NCBI GenBank assembly: GCA_963792535.1 | Contig: CAWBWQ010000001.1 | Coordinates: 512,001-576,000, forward strand | DNA length: 64,000 bases | Reading direction: 5' to 3' | From: an uncultured Phycisphaerales bacterium | Lineage (GTDB): Bacteria > Planctomycetota > Phycisphaerae > Tepidisphaerales > Tepidisphaeraceae | Part shown: positions 1-11,137 of the stretch, one piece after another | Layout of the letters: the number at the start of each line of letters is the position of its first letter | How positions within the stretch are numbered: the first letter of the stretch is position 1 | Made by a program: the position numbers and the translations under genes | Notes under the pieces: generated by a model | Databases searched by the model: none | What the model was told of the DNA's origin: nothing | What the model saw: only the letters and a program-made list of their open reading frames with translations

Positions 1-1
1 G

Positions 2-286
2 GGCCTGATTTATCTCGACATTGAAATGCCGGGCATCAACGGCATCGAACTCCTGAAACAGATTAAAGCCGACCCTGAACTCCGCAACATTACGGTAGTG
101 ATGATGACGGGAGTCAGCGATGAGGAACACCTTCGCAATGCCGCTGCCGCCGGCGCGAACAGCTATACGATAAAACCCGCGAACGCCGAACAGTTTTTAC
201 GGACTGTGATCGACAGCGCGAACTATTGGCTGACCGTACATCAGTATCCGGAGCATCACCTGCCCCGCGAAGCCTGCAGGCGCTAA
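2..286 (+). CDS. Response regulator receiver protein (5'-truncated by the window)
   Basis: Frame from nt 2 reads GLIYLDIEMPGINGIELLKQIKADPELRNITVVMMTG...GANSYTIKP: phospho-Asp, Thr and KP receiver motifs. Confidence 0.9.
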   Translation, partial: GLIYLDIEMPGINGIELLKQIKADPELRNITVVMMTGVSDEEHLRNAAAAGANSYTIKPANAEQFLRTVIDSANYWLTVHQYPEHHLPREACRR

Positions 287-317
287 CCGTCGCCGAAGGT
301 TTCCGTTTGGCGATGCT

Positions 318-1405
318 GTGGATCGTATTGTACATGATCACAAGACCGTGAAAGTTCCGGGATTGTCGCTTGGAAAAGTGCGAGAAAGTGGGCCTGTTGT
401 GGAACAACTGAAACTGCTGATCGTCGAGGACGACGCTGACCAGCGCGATTTGATTCGCGAGACTTTAGAAGACCATTTTGGCAAGGGAACCGTTGTTGCA
501 GTTGAAAGTCGCTCGGCGGCCAGGCGCAGGATCCCAACGCCTTCAGCCTGATTCTGACCGATTACAATCTTTCCGACGGCTGCGGCATGGACCTGCTTGA
601 TGATATCCGCCAGAAGTCAAACACCCCGGTCATCATGGTCACCGGTGAAAATGTCGGTCAGATCGCCGTCGAGGCCATTCGTCGCGGAGCGACCGATTAT
701 GTCGTTAAGCTCGGCGATTATCTGTTCACCATTCCCCTCGTAGTGGAAAAAAATCTGACGATGGCCAAGGTAAAAACAGAGAATGAATTGCTGCGCCTGC
801 AGGTTGAAAAAGCCATGATCGAACTGCAGTTTAAGAACGGTCAATTGCAGGAATCACTGCAGCGTATGGAGCAGATGGCCTCTACCGATCCCTTAACCGG
901 CCTGTATAACCGGCGACATTTTAATCGCGTGCTGGATCAACTATTCAGCGAAGCCCAGCGTTTTGACAGTGATCTGGCGTGCGTCATGATCGACCTGGAC
1001 GGATACAAGCAGTTGAACGATGCTCACGGTCACCAACTGGGCGATCAACTGCTGGTCGCGGCGGGCAAGGTCATAACCTCCAACCTGCGGCGCATGGACG
1101 TGGCGGCACGCTACGGCGGAGATGAATTCATTCTGCTGCTGCCCAAAGCGCAAACGGCCGAAGCCGCGGGTGTGGTGCAGCGCATTCGCGAAGAATATTT
1201 CGCCGCCAGCGCAGCAATCCTCAACTCCCCGTCGGGCGTGAAGATGTCAGTTGGAATTGGATCGATCCGTGAAAGTGGCTGCGTCAGTTCCGACCAATTG
1301 ATCGCCGCTGCCGACAAAGCGCTCTATCAGGCCAAGGGTGCTGGCCGGGACCGAATAGCGATCGCAGAAGCTCGCAAGCAGATTTCGCCAAACGCCGCGG
1401 CATGA
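318..1405 (+). CDS. Receiver-domain diguanylate cyclase (REC-coiled coil-GGDEF), frameshift at ~525
   Basis: LLIVEDD in ORF 318-551 continues as ILTDYNLSDGCGMDLL in the next frame; TDPLTGLYNRR, DLDGYKQLND, RxxD I-site (RRMD) and RYGGDEF. Confidence 0.92.
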
Positions 1406-1686
1406 TCAGGAGTGACAACAACACCATCGTTCCCTGAGTCCGCGCCAGGACGAGGGGAAGCCGTTTAACGGTCCGACTGTTTTTGGTTTCCGCGCAGCCC
1501 GCGCACGATCAACATCATCACAACGAAAAATAAGAATCCAAGGCCGGGCAGCAGCAAAAACAAAACGGAAAGAATCACCATGCGTGGATTGTAGGTCTCG
1601 TCCAGCGCTCGGTCTCCACACCGTTGCCGGGGGTCGGTCTGGCTGGCATACTCTTTTGCGATCGTTCTGATTCAAGGGAGCCTGCC

Positions 1687-3850
1687 ATGCAGATGCGAAT
1701 ACCGTTTACCGATGCGCCGGGTCGATGTTTATTTGTTTTATTTGCCTTGGTCATGGCGGCGGAGTGCCGGGCCGGGTATCCGCTGGCTGACAAGGTTCCG
1801 GGCGATGCGGTTCTGTATATCGGATGGGCCGGTGCTGGTTCCCAGAGCGCTGCTTATGCAGCTTCAGACATGAGCGCGTTTGTCAGTCATTCGAACCTGC
1901 CCGCGCTTGCGCAGCAGTACCTGCCACAGGTCTGGGAGAGGCTCGCCGGTGGGCCAATCGACAATAAAGACATTGTCCATTTGCAGAAAATATTTCCAAA
2001 ACTCTGGCAGTATCCGACAGCGATATATGTCGCTCATCTCTCTATCAAATCCAACGGCGAGCCCGATGGCGATGACGGCCTGATCTGTGATGCCGGGGAC
2101 GATGCCGATCAGTTGGCTGCGGATCTGTTGAACGTGTTGAAGGGCATTCGCGGAGTTAAAGGTGAGTCGGCAGGATTCCCTGGTCCTGGTCGAAGCGATT
2201 AATTCGCAGGCAGCGATCGTGGGTCCACAACTCGCCGACGCACCGGATTTTGTTGCGAACATGACGCCTCTACAGGCGTCGCCGGCAATTGCCGTCTATG
2301 TTGATGCAAAGGTAATTCTGGATCGAGTGAATCAAATTGCCGACCGTATTAAAAAGGCTGGCGCACAGTGGCCGAAGGTTCGTGATGCGCTGGGTATTTC
2401 GGACCTGAAGACCTTTACAATGACAGCCGGGTTTGATGGGCAGCGTTGGGCAACGGCAAGCCTGCTGAAAGCGCCAGGTCCGCGTAAAGGTTTGCTGGCG
2501 GTCATGGAGCCCAAAGCGCTCGATCCAGCGTTCCTCGCGAGAATACCCGCGACGGCGGATTCAGTATGCGTGCATAACTTTGATGCTGCCCTGTTCTTCG
2601 ACACGATTGCCGCCGTCATGTCGTTCGATCCTCAGTCGGACAAAATATTTCATCAGGCGACAGGGCTTGCATCCATCGCCTTAGGGCGAAACTTGCGACG
2701 GCAAATTCTCGCGCCGTTAGGGTCGCAATGGGTGACTTATACCAGTCGCGATTCGCACGGGTTGGTGGTGATGAATCATCCTAATGATGCCGACGGCGCA
2801 TCGGATTCACTCGTCAGCGCTGCCTTTGGAATCATCAACCTGGCCAACTCGCAGTTGTCAGGCCCCGATCGATCATCTGTGGTGGATATCGATCAAAAAA
2901 CAGTGCGCGGCGTAGACATCACCAGCGCGGTGACCAAGGTCGCAGCGCCCACGTTTGCGGTAAAAAATAAAGTGCTATACGTGGGACTGTCACCGGATGC
3001 CGTCGTAGCAGCCGCAAATATCCCCGACGTTTCAGCCGGCAGGGATATTCTTCATAGCGATGTTTTCAAGTCGGCGATGAACGGGCTCGCGCCGGGTGAC
3101 GGCGGATCTTTTTTCTACTCGGATGTCTCCAGCACGGCAGCAGATGCTTACGAAAAGTTTCCCGAAGAACAGAAGCAGTTGCAAAAGACATTGAAACAAT
3201 TTGACATCGATTTGCCCGCAATTGAGTTCCCGTCGCTTGGCGAGATAAAGCCGCATCTATCACCCATCGTGTCTGTAACCTGGGCCGACGCCGAAGGGAT
3301 CCATTCGCGGTCTGTTACTCCATTTCCAGGATGCGCGCTGCTGATGGGTGATTCGCAGGAAATGCTTGCGGCCACTACGACCGCTTCAGCAATCGGCTCT
3401 ATTGCCAGGCCGGCAATCATGGCTGAGCGAGAGCGGGTGCGCCGCACGCAGTGCGCTTCGAACGAACGCCAATTAGGCGTGGCGATGATGCTTTATAGCA
3501 AAGACAATCACGACCAACTCCCGCCCGATCTGGGTACACTGATAACCAGCCAGGATCTCTCAGCAACCCTGGTGCTCTGCCCCTCTGCTTTGACGAAACT
3601 GCCCCCGAACTTTGACGCGATGCTCAAGGCGGATAAAGCCAATTGGATTAATGACAATTCAGACTATGTCTACATTGGAAAAGGGCTGAATCTGTCGGAT
3701 GCGACAGCGTCCCGCCAACTGATTATGTTTGAAAAAGATGCGGCGCACGGCGGCAGCGGGATGAATCTTTTATTCAGTGATGGCAGCACTGAATTTCGAT
3801 CCGCCGCCGACGCGAAGAAAATTATTCAGGATCAGCGGGGAGGTATGTAG
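1687..3850 (+). CDS. Secreted protein with a C-terminal DUF1559/H-X9-DG pilin-like domain, frameshift at ~2160
   Basis: Signal-like N-terminus, PLADKVPGDAVLYIGW; C-terminal RTQCASNERQLGVAMMLY...LCPS...HGGSGMNLLFSDG, typical of planctomycete H-X9-DG proteins. Confidence 0.7.
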
Positions 3851-3865
3851 AAGCGGGAAAAGCAT

Positions 3866-4796
3866 TCATCCAGCGCGATTTGCTAGATCCGCCTTCATAT
3901 CTAATGTCGCTTGCAGCACAGCTTGAGACCAGTCGTTCATACCGGAATATTTGGCATCGCGATGCGCATACAGAATGCTTCTGCTGGCGGAGACAATCGC
4001 GCCTTGACCGTTGACAAAAGCAGCCCGGGTCATTTCTCCGGTGGCCCCTTGCGTACCGTAACCGGGGAGTAAGAAGATCGATTTCGGCAGGCGTTTTCGA
4101 AGGCTTTGCATCATATGCGTCTGAGTGGCGCCGACCACCGCGCCGAGATTGCTGAAACCATGGGATCCAATTAGCGACGGGTCCTCCGCAACAGGGGCAA
4201 GTTTATCGGCAACCAGTTCCGACCAGGTGCGACCGTCGATGAGTTTAACATCTTGAAAATCAGCCGAGCCGGGATTGCTCGTCCGCACCAGCACAAACAG
4301 CCCTTTGCCTTCATCGTCGCGCCACTTTCACAAACGGCTCAATTGCATCGAGCCCCAGCATGGGATTGATCGTTATCGCGTCGGGCATGACCATCTCAGT
4401 ATCGGGAAAAGGAGCATCCGCGAGATGGGCGGCGGCGTACGCGGTGCTTGTGGAACCGATGTCGCCACGCTTCACATCACCAATGACCAGCAGGCCCAGG
4501 TCCTTGGCTTCCTGGACCAGGCTGTAATACATCTCCACGCCTTCCCAGAGATATTTTTCAAAATACGCCGACTGGAATTTTACAACCGGAACGTGCGGCG
4601 CGACTGTCTTCAAAAGGGTGGTTGTAAAGGCAAAGATCGCATCAATAGCCGCTTCGGCGTCGTTGGAGTCGCGCTCGATAACCGGCCCGGCGACAGCGGC
4701 CGGCAACTGCTCGTAGATCGGGTCGATACCCACGCAGATCGGTGAGCCTTTTTCCTCGATGGCAGTCATCAGTCGATCGACAAATAGTTCCGACAT
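3866..4796 (-). CDS. pyrF: Orotidine-5'-phosphate decarboxylase, frameshift at ~4315
   Basis: CVGIDP, KFQSAYFE, DVKRGDIGST, TINPMLG, LVRTSNP, GAVVGAT, LLPGYGTQG, SASRSI across two ORFs. Confidence 0.95.
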
Positions 4797-4885
4797 GTCA
4801 CGGAATATAGTGGCGGACACGGCACTTACCAGCGCTGCAGTATTGAGACCTCTCTTTACAACGGGCAACCAAAAACCGACAACAG

Positions 4886-5527
4886 ATGACACCTATGTAC
4901 GATCGCACAACGAGCATCGAAACTTTCTTATCCGCCACCTCGATCAAGCAGCCCACGCCCGGTGGAGGAAGCGTGGCGGCGCTGGCCGGGGCCCTGGCGT
5001 CGGCGATGGGGGAGATGGTCATCAGCTACAGCATCGGTAAAAAAGATTTGTTGCCGTTTGATAACGAACTGAAACTCGCAGCACATGAACTACAGCAGGC
5101 GCGTGAAGTGCTGCTTCGATTAATGGTGGAAGATCAGGAGGCATACACCGAAATGAAAGCGGTGAGCAAACTGCCCACGGATTCATCGGAACGGATCGAG
5201 CGGCTGCCGCTCGTGGTGCTCGCGTGCATCCGGTGTCCCCAGGCAGTGGGGGCAACGGCATTGGCTGTCTTGAATCTCTGCGATCAGATTGTGGAGATCG
5301 TGAATCCCTGGTTGCTCTCAGACCTTGCAGTTTGTGCGGATTTAGCGATGGCCACAGCCCGCGCGGCCACGTACAACGTTCGGGTCAACCTGGGCAGCGT
5401 GGAAAATCCCGCGCTGCGTGAAACGCTTCAGGCGGAGACGGATCTCATGCTGTCGCATGCGAAGGTGGTGATTCAGCATGTGGGGCCGCTGATCTGGTCG
5501 AGATACGAAGAAGCGAATCGTAAGTAA
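4886..5527 (+). CDS. Cyclodeaminase/cyclohydrolase (FTCD C-terminal) family protein
   Basis: PTPGGGSVAALAGALA, EDQEAY, NPWLLSDL, NVRVNL motifs. Confidence 0.85.
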   Translation: MTPMYDRTTSIETFLSATSIKQPTPGGGSVAALAGALASAMGEMVISYSIGKKDLLPFDNELKLAAHELQQAREVLLRLMVEDQEAYTEMKAVSKLPTDSSERIERLPLVVLACIRCPQAVGATALAVLNLCDQIVEIVNPWLLSDLAVCADLAMATARAATYNVRVNLGSVENPALRETLQAETDLMLSHAKVVIQHVGPLIWSRYEEANRK

Positions 5528-5733
5528 TGGACATTTCAGAACCGAGCAATCCCCAACCGAGCAAGCCACGACCGTATTTGCGTGTGCAATTCGCCTGCTG
5601 CAACGTCTATCAGCGCATCTACCGAGCAGCGGATGAAAAATCGTATCAGGGCCGGTGTCCTCGGTGCGGAAAACCCGTCAAGTTTCTAGTCGGAACGGGT
5701 GGAACAGATTCCCGGGATTTCATCGTGTACTGA
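5527..5733 (+). CDS. Small zinc-ribbon-like hypothetical protein
   Basis: FACCNVYQRIY...YQGRCPRCGKP; start overlaps the upstream stop (TAATG). Confidence 0.7.
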   Translation: MDISEPSNPQPSKPRPYLRVQFACCNVYQRIYRAADEKSYQGRCPRCGKPVKFLVGTGGTDSRDFIVY

Positions 5734-5765
5734 ATGGATCCAGCGGATCAAAAACTGGTTGATGA

Positions 5766-7068
5766 ATGACAGCACTCGGCTTTGATTTCGGGTCTTCAAG
5801 CGTCAAGGCCGCATTGCTTGGTTCAAGCGGAGTGGTCGGGAAGATCGTACACGGCCGCTATAGAACCCATTTTGATGGCATTCGCGCCGAGATAAATCCG
5901 AATTCGATTTTTTTGGCGTTACGCGATGCCATCGACCAGTTGGGACCGCGGGCGAAGAAGGTGAGCCATATTGCACTCGACGCGATGGGGCCGTCATGGG
6001 TTGCGATGGACAAAAAAGGGCGCGCGCTCACGCCGATCATTACGCATCAGGATCGGCGCAGCGTTGAAATCGCCAGCGACATCGAGAAACGTATTGGGAA
6101 GGCCCGGCATCTTAAGCTGGCTGGCAATCGACCGTTTCCCGGCGGAATCAGCTCCACCACCTGGGGGTGGTTCGCCAGGCATGAACCGTCGCTGCTGCGC
6201 AAGGCCGATCTCGTGGGGCATCTCACGACATTTCTTCATCGCACGCTCACCGGAGCGCGCGTGACGGATCCATCCAACGCTTCTTTCATGGGCGTCTATT
6301 CCACGCTGACGTTGAAAGGTTGGAATGAAGAATTATGCGATGCGATCAGCGCCGACCGGCGACTTCTGCCCGAGATTTTGGATGGAAACCAGATCGCTGG
6401 AACGGTAAGCGTTGCTGCTGCCCGACGGTTTGGTTTGACACAGGGGACACCTGTACTGACAGGAATACTTGACACCAGCAGCGCGCTTTTATTGCGGGGC
6501 ACGCGGGCGGGACAGATGTTAAATGTCTGCGGGTCTACTGATGTGTTGGCGCTATGTACCGAACATCCCAGGCCAAACGATAAGCTTTTGACTCGCGCGG
6601 TGGGAATTGGTCGGGCCTGGATGCAGGTGAGCACCATCGCGGCGGCGGGGTCGGCATCGCATGGGCAAATCGGGAATTGTTTGCTGATTTATCGCAGGAT
6701 CGATTTTACGCACTCGTGCGCAACTCGCGAAGAAACCGCTGAAATCATCGGTACGATTTGAGCCGTATCTCGCTGGCGATCGGACGTCGCTGGATCAGAA
6801 AACGGCGGCGTTTTCCGAGCTGACACTGGCAACGACGCGAGACGAAATGCTCAGCGCGGTGGTAGAGGCGATGGCCGTTTCCAGCGCGGCCCGCTTGCCG
6901 CTGCTACGGGCGACGGGGACACGCATTCATTCTGACGTGCTTGTAAGCGGCGGACTTACCGGAACTTTGTCAGATGTGCTTCATCGCGATTGGAAAGGAC
7001 ACTGGACGTTCAGCACCGTGAATGAGGCAACCTTAAAGGGATTGTCGCGAATCGAGCCGATAGATTAA
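5766..7068 (+). CDS. FGGY-family carbohydrate kinase (xylulokinase-like), frameshifts at ~6655 and ~6720
   Basis: LGFDFGSSSVKA, HQDRRS, TDPSNAS, GSTDV; other frames supply FEPYLAGDRT, VSGG, NEATLKG. Confidence 0.85.
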
Positions 7069-7191
7069 CCCTGCCCGTTTTAACGCAAGTTGAACTGCCG
7101 AAAAAGACCGCGGCGACGTGAAGCCTCTGAGGCTACGGTCTTTTATTGCTATACAATTTGCTCTATAAACGCATCACAGGAGCAAACGAAT

Positions 7192-7662
7192 ATGGAACGT
7201 ACGTTAATTATCTTTAAGCCCGACGCTGTGCAGCGGGGCCTCTGCGGTGAAATCCTCGGCCGGTTTGAGAAAAAAGGATTGCACATCGCGGGTATGAAAT
7301 TCATGAAAATACCGCTGGCGACCGCTGAAAAGCATTACGAGGCCCATAAAGCCCGCCCGTTCTACGGCGGTTTGGTTTCTTTCATGACCAGTTCGCCTGT
7401 GGTGGTGGTGGCCTTGGAGGGCAAAGACGCAGTGGTGATCGCCCGCAGTTTAATGGGGGCTACATTTGGCTCAAAAGCTGCACCTGGAACAATACGCGGT
7501 GATTTTGGCGTTAGTAATGCCTTCAATCTGATCCATGGATCGGATTCAGTTGAAGCGTCTCAAAAAGAGATCGCTTTGTTTTTCCGCCCTGAAGAGATCG
7601 TGGAATGGACACCTGCCATCCAAACCTGGGTCTATGACATGAGCAAAGGCGAGCCGGAATAA
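7192..7662 (+). CDS. ndk: Nucleoside diphosphate kinase
   Basis: MERTLIIFKPDAVQR, PGTIRGDFG, NLIHGSDS; AGGAG RBS upstream. Confidence 0.98.
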   Translation: MERTLIIFKPDAVQRGLCGEILGRFEKKGLHIAGMKFMKIPLATAEKHYEAHKARPFYGGLVSFMTSSPVVVVALEGKDAVVIARSLMGATFGSKAAPGTIRGDFGVSNAFNLIHGSDSVEASQKEIALFFRPEEIVEWTPAIQTWVYDMSKGEPE

Positions 7663-7831
7663 GCCGTCGATAAACTTGCCTTTCTAAACCTGATATTAAT
7701 ACAAACTTCATTCAAAATAATTGAATGTCGCCGAATCTTCATGGTTCGCACACGGCAGAGTCTGCAAGTCGAAACTTCGTTTGGTGGAGCCGGCGAATCT
7801 GGAGTGCGTCAAAGGTTTTACGAGGCAACTG

Positions 7832-8884
7832 ATGATGATAGCACGACTGGCCATGTTTCTTTGTTTGATGGCCGCGATCGGGGTTACCGGCAACGCTTTG
7901 TGGCAAAACCGCAAGGCAGACGAAAGCCGCCAGCAAAGCGACGCGGCTTCCGTACGCGCCACGGGCCTTATTGATGCCAGCCCAAAACGCCTTGCATCTA
8001 AATTTCGAGACGACAATCACACGCTGCTTGCTGATGCACCCGACGATGCGTCCAAACTGATGGATCCGACCACGCTGATTCTGGGCCACCTGGCTTCTTC
8101 CGATCCGGACAGTGCGTCGATTTCGTGGGAAGATTTCGACAAGCACCTGTCCAGCGAATTGGGCCGCCCAGTAACCGATACTGTTGTTGAGAACGGCCCG
8201 TCGCAGATCGACAAGATCAAGGCCGGCCAGATCACGATTATGGCTCTGCATGCCGCTGACGCGCCGTTTCTCGTCAATAATTGCGGCTACCATCCTGTGG
8301 CGGTGTTGGGGGACGAGACCGGAGCGGCGGGCAATCGCCTTGATTTGATCGTGCCCGCCAAGAGCACGATCGCTTCTCCTTATGATTTGAAAGGACACAC
8401 GCTCACTTGCACAGGACCACTTTCGGTTGTTGGTTACCGCGCGGCGATCGTGCTCCTGCTGCAGAATCAATCCCTTCGGCCCAATGTGGATTATCTACTG
8501 TCATGGTCACTGGGGCAGAAGCAGTCGATTAAGGGTGTTGCCGATGGCACGTACGAAGCGGCAGCTGTATCCGATGACAAGCTCAATTCGCTTCTGGATA
8601 AAGGAACCGTTACGAAGGCCGCCTATAAGGTGATCTATCAATCCGACGTTTTTCCCCGAACGACGATTGGATATTTCTATAACTTGAAACCGGATCTGGC
8701 TGAAAAGCTCCGGCTTGCGATTTTGTCGTATCGGCCTGTGCCAACCGACGAAAATGACAAACCGATGCATTTCATGCCGGTGGACTATAAGAAGGACTTT
8801 TCATTAATTCGCCAAATCGACGACCGGTTCGATCCGCGACTCGACACGAAAGCCAAGCACGAAGTCGCCACGACCGCCCCGTAA
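7832..8884 (+). CDS. PhnD/SsuA-type phosphate/phosphonate substrate-binding protein
   Basis: N-terminal hydrophobic anchor; DLKGHTL..TGPLSVVGY, SIKGVADGTYEAAAV, VIYQSDVFP, PVDYKKDFSLIRQID. Confidence 0.75.
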   Translation: MMIARLAMFLCLMAAIGVTGNALWQNRKADESRQQSDAASVRATGLIDASPKRLASKFRDDNHTLLADAPDDASKLMDPTTLILGHLASSDPDSASISWEDFDKHLSSELGRPVTDTVVENGPSQIDKIKAGQITIMALHAADAPFLVNNCGYHPVAVLGDETGAAGNRLDLIVPAKSTIASPYDLKGHTLTCTGPLSVVGYRAAIVLLLQNQSLRPNVDYLLSWSLGQKQSIKGVADGTYEAAAVSDDKLNSLLDKGTVTKAAYKVIYQSDVFPRTTIGYFYNLKPDLAEKLRLAILSYRPVPTDENDKPMHFMPVDYKKDFSLIRQIDDRFDPRLDTKAKHEVATTAP

Positions 8885-9051
8885 TAGGGAAGCATTCCCG
8901 GCCTGGAACAGTTTCCGGTGTCCGAGCCCACCGGCTTATTTGTTTTCTGGATCGATAAACCATCTCTGGACAACAGGCGCAACATCACTAGACTGTCCCC
9001 TCCCCGTCCTAGGTAGGGCGGGGGATAAAAGTACGATTTGGAGAAGATTCC

Positions 9052-9348
9052 GTGGCTCATTCCTTATCAGCAAAGAAACGCGTCCGCCAAACCATCAAGC
9101 GAAACGCCCGCAATCGTTCGCGTAAAGAGCTTCTCAAGCAGGAAATCAAGGGTTTCAACAGTGCATTGGCATCCAATGACGCGGGCAAAGCTGCGGATCA
9201 ATTGAATGTGGTTGCTCGGCGTCTGGATCGCAACGCTGCCAAGGGCGTGATTCACAAGAATACCGCCGCCCGCAAGCGAAGCCGACTGGCAAAACGCGTA
9301 AATGCACTCAAGGCGGGCGCCAAAGGCACCAAACTTGTCGTTGCCTGA
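9052..9348 (+). CDS. rpsT: 30S ribosomal protein S20
   Basis: AHSLSAKKRVRQ...KGVIHKNTAARKRSRL. Confidence 0.98.
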   Translation: MAHSLSAKKRVRQTIKRNARNRSRKELLKQEIKGFNSALASNDAGKAADQLNVVARRLDRNAAKGVIHKNTAARKRSRLAKRVNALKAGAKGTKLVVA

Positions 9349-9389
9349 ACGCGTGCCGGTGACGCTCGACGCTTTTGTAAAATTTCAGG

Positions 9390-9513
9390 CGCAGGGCACG
9401 AATCCCCGAAGCCGAAACGAACAACCCGAAGGAAATCCCGTGCCGCGTTCCGAAAGGCAGGCTGCCTTCGGCATTAGCGGATATCGGGGTTTGGACCTTC
9501 GGGTTTCTTTTTT
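9390..9513 (+). ncRNA. Candidate structured RNA, or an unusually long terminator/attenuator, between rpsT and glyQS
   Basis: Imperfect rod 9423-9505 (AACCCGAAGG/CCTTCGGGTT, AAATCCCG/CGGGGTTT, CCGC/GCGG, CCGAA/TTCGG, GGCA/TGCC) followed by TCTTTTTT; TAAAAT at 9378-9383. Confidence 0.45.
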
Positions 9514-9580
9514 GGCGCTCCGACATTGTGGGCAGTGCCTTCTCTTGCGATATAACAATCATCAATAAAGGCTTACCGCC

Positions 9581-11137
9581 ATGGCCGACCCCACTTCCAG
9601 CACTCCGATCATGGAGCAGATCGTTTCGCTTTGTAAGCGGCGCGGTTTTATCTATCCCGCCAGCGAAATCTACGGTGGTATTCGCGGGTTCTGGGACTAC
9701 GGCCCTCTGGGTGTCCTGCTCAAAAACAATATCCGCGACTGGTGGTGGCGGAACATGGTCGAGTGTCCGCCCATCGGCCCGGATGGACATCCCGTCGACA
9801 TCGTCGGGTTAGACTCGGCAATCATCCAGCATCCAATGACCTGGAAAGCTTCGGGGCATGTGGAGAGCTTCAACGACCCGATGGTGGATTGCCGCGAAAC
9901 CAAGTCGAGATACCGGGCCGATCATGTGAAGGTGCTTGAACCTGTCGACGGACAGGGAAACAGCTACGCGTTTGTTGATGATCCGGATGCCGCTGAGAAA
10001 AAGATTAAGCGTGATGCCCGCCGGAACCTGGCTGATTATCGCGAAGTGATCCTCACGACGCTCCCGCTTGAAGCGTACGCGAAAATTGTCGGACCGGACA
10101 CCAAAACGGCTGGCACTCTTACAGAACCGCCGCCTTCAGCCTGATGCTCGATACTTATCCAGGTCCAATTCGCGACGAGAATAACAAGGCTTACCTGCGG
10201 CCCGAGACGGCACAGGGGATCTTCCTGGAGTTCAAAAATATCGTCGACACGACGCGTGTGAAGATGCCGTTTGGCGTTGCCCAGGTGGGCAAAAGCTTCC
10301 GCAACGAGGTGACGCCGCGCAATTTTATTTTCCGCTCGCGTGAGTTTGAGCAGATGGAGATGGAATGGTTCTGCCCGCCGGATGAAGCGCTTAACTGGTA
10401 CCAGTTCTGGCGCGCCGAGCGAATGAAGTGGTGGGTGTCGCTCGGCGTGGATCCATCGCGGTTACGCTTCCGCGATCACGACCCCGACGAGTTGGCGTTT
10501 TACTCCAAGGCCACAGTGGATATCGAATATCTGTATCCATTTACCGCCCCGGATTTTGGTGAACTGGAAGGCGTCGCCCATCGCGGCGATTATGATCTCA
10601 CCCAACATTCGAAACATTCCGGCCAGAAACTAGATTACTTCGACCAGGATCTGCAACTGCGACTCAAGGCAGAAGGGTTGGCCGACGATCAGGTCAAGGC
10701 GCAGCAGCCGATACATTCCTAATGTCATCGAACCGGCCAGTGGTTTAACACGCGCTGTACTGGTACTGCTCTGCGAAGCATTCACACCAGACGAAACTCG
10801 GCCCAGTAAATTGTATATGAAGTTTAAACCGCAGTTTGCCCCGATCAAACTGGGCATTTTTCCGCTGGTCAACAAAGAAGGGATGCCCGAGGTCGCGGAG
10901 AAGCTTTACTTGGCTCTCCGCCGGCATTTCACCTGCGAATATGACCCCAAGCAGGCCATCGGAAAGCGTTACGCGCGCATGGATGAAATCGGGACGCCGT
11001 ATTGCATCACGATTGACGGTCAGACCCTTGTGGATCAGACCGTTACCCTCCGCGAGCGTGATTCGATGAAACAGGAGCGGATGTCCCTGGATCGGGTAAA
11101 ATCGTTTCTGCTCGAGCAACTGACGTTGAGTGTGTGA
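9581..11137 (+). CDS. glyQS: Glycine--tRNA ligase (homodimeric type), frameshifts at ~10130 and ~10705
   Basis: IVSLCKRRGFI..EIYGG..GFWDYGPLG, YLRPETAQGIF, GKSFRNE.TPRNFIFRSREFEQMEME, YIPNVIEP, IGKRYARMDEIGTPYCITID. Confidence 0.97.

Noticed and set aside
9390..9513. T-box, glycine riboswitch or SRP RNA upstream of glyQS
   Set aside because: No UGGnACC antiterminator bulge, no GGAGA/CUCUCAGG aptamer motifs, no CAGG-GNRA-AGCA helix 8; kept only as an unassigned structure
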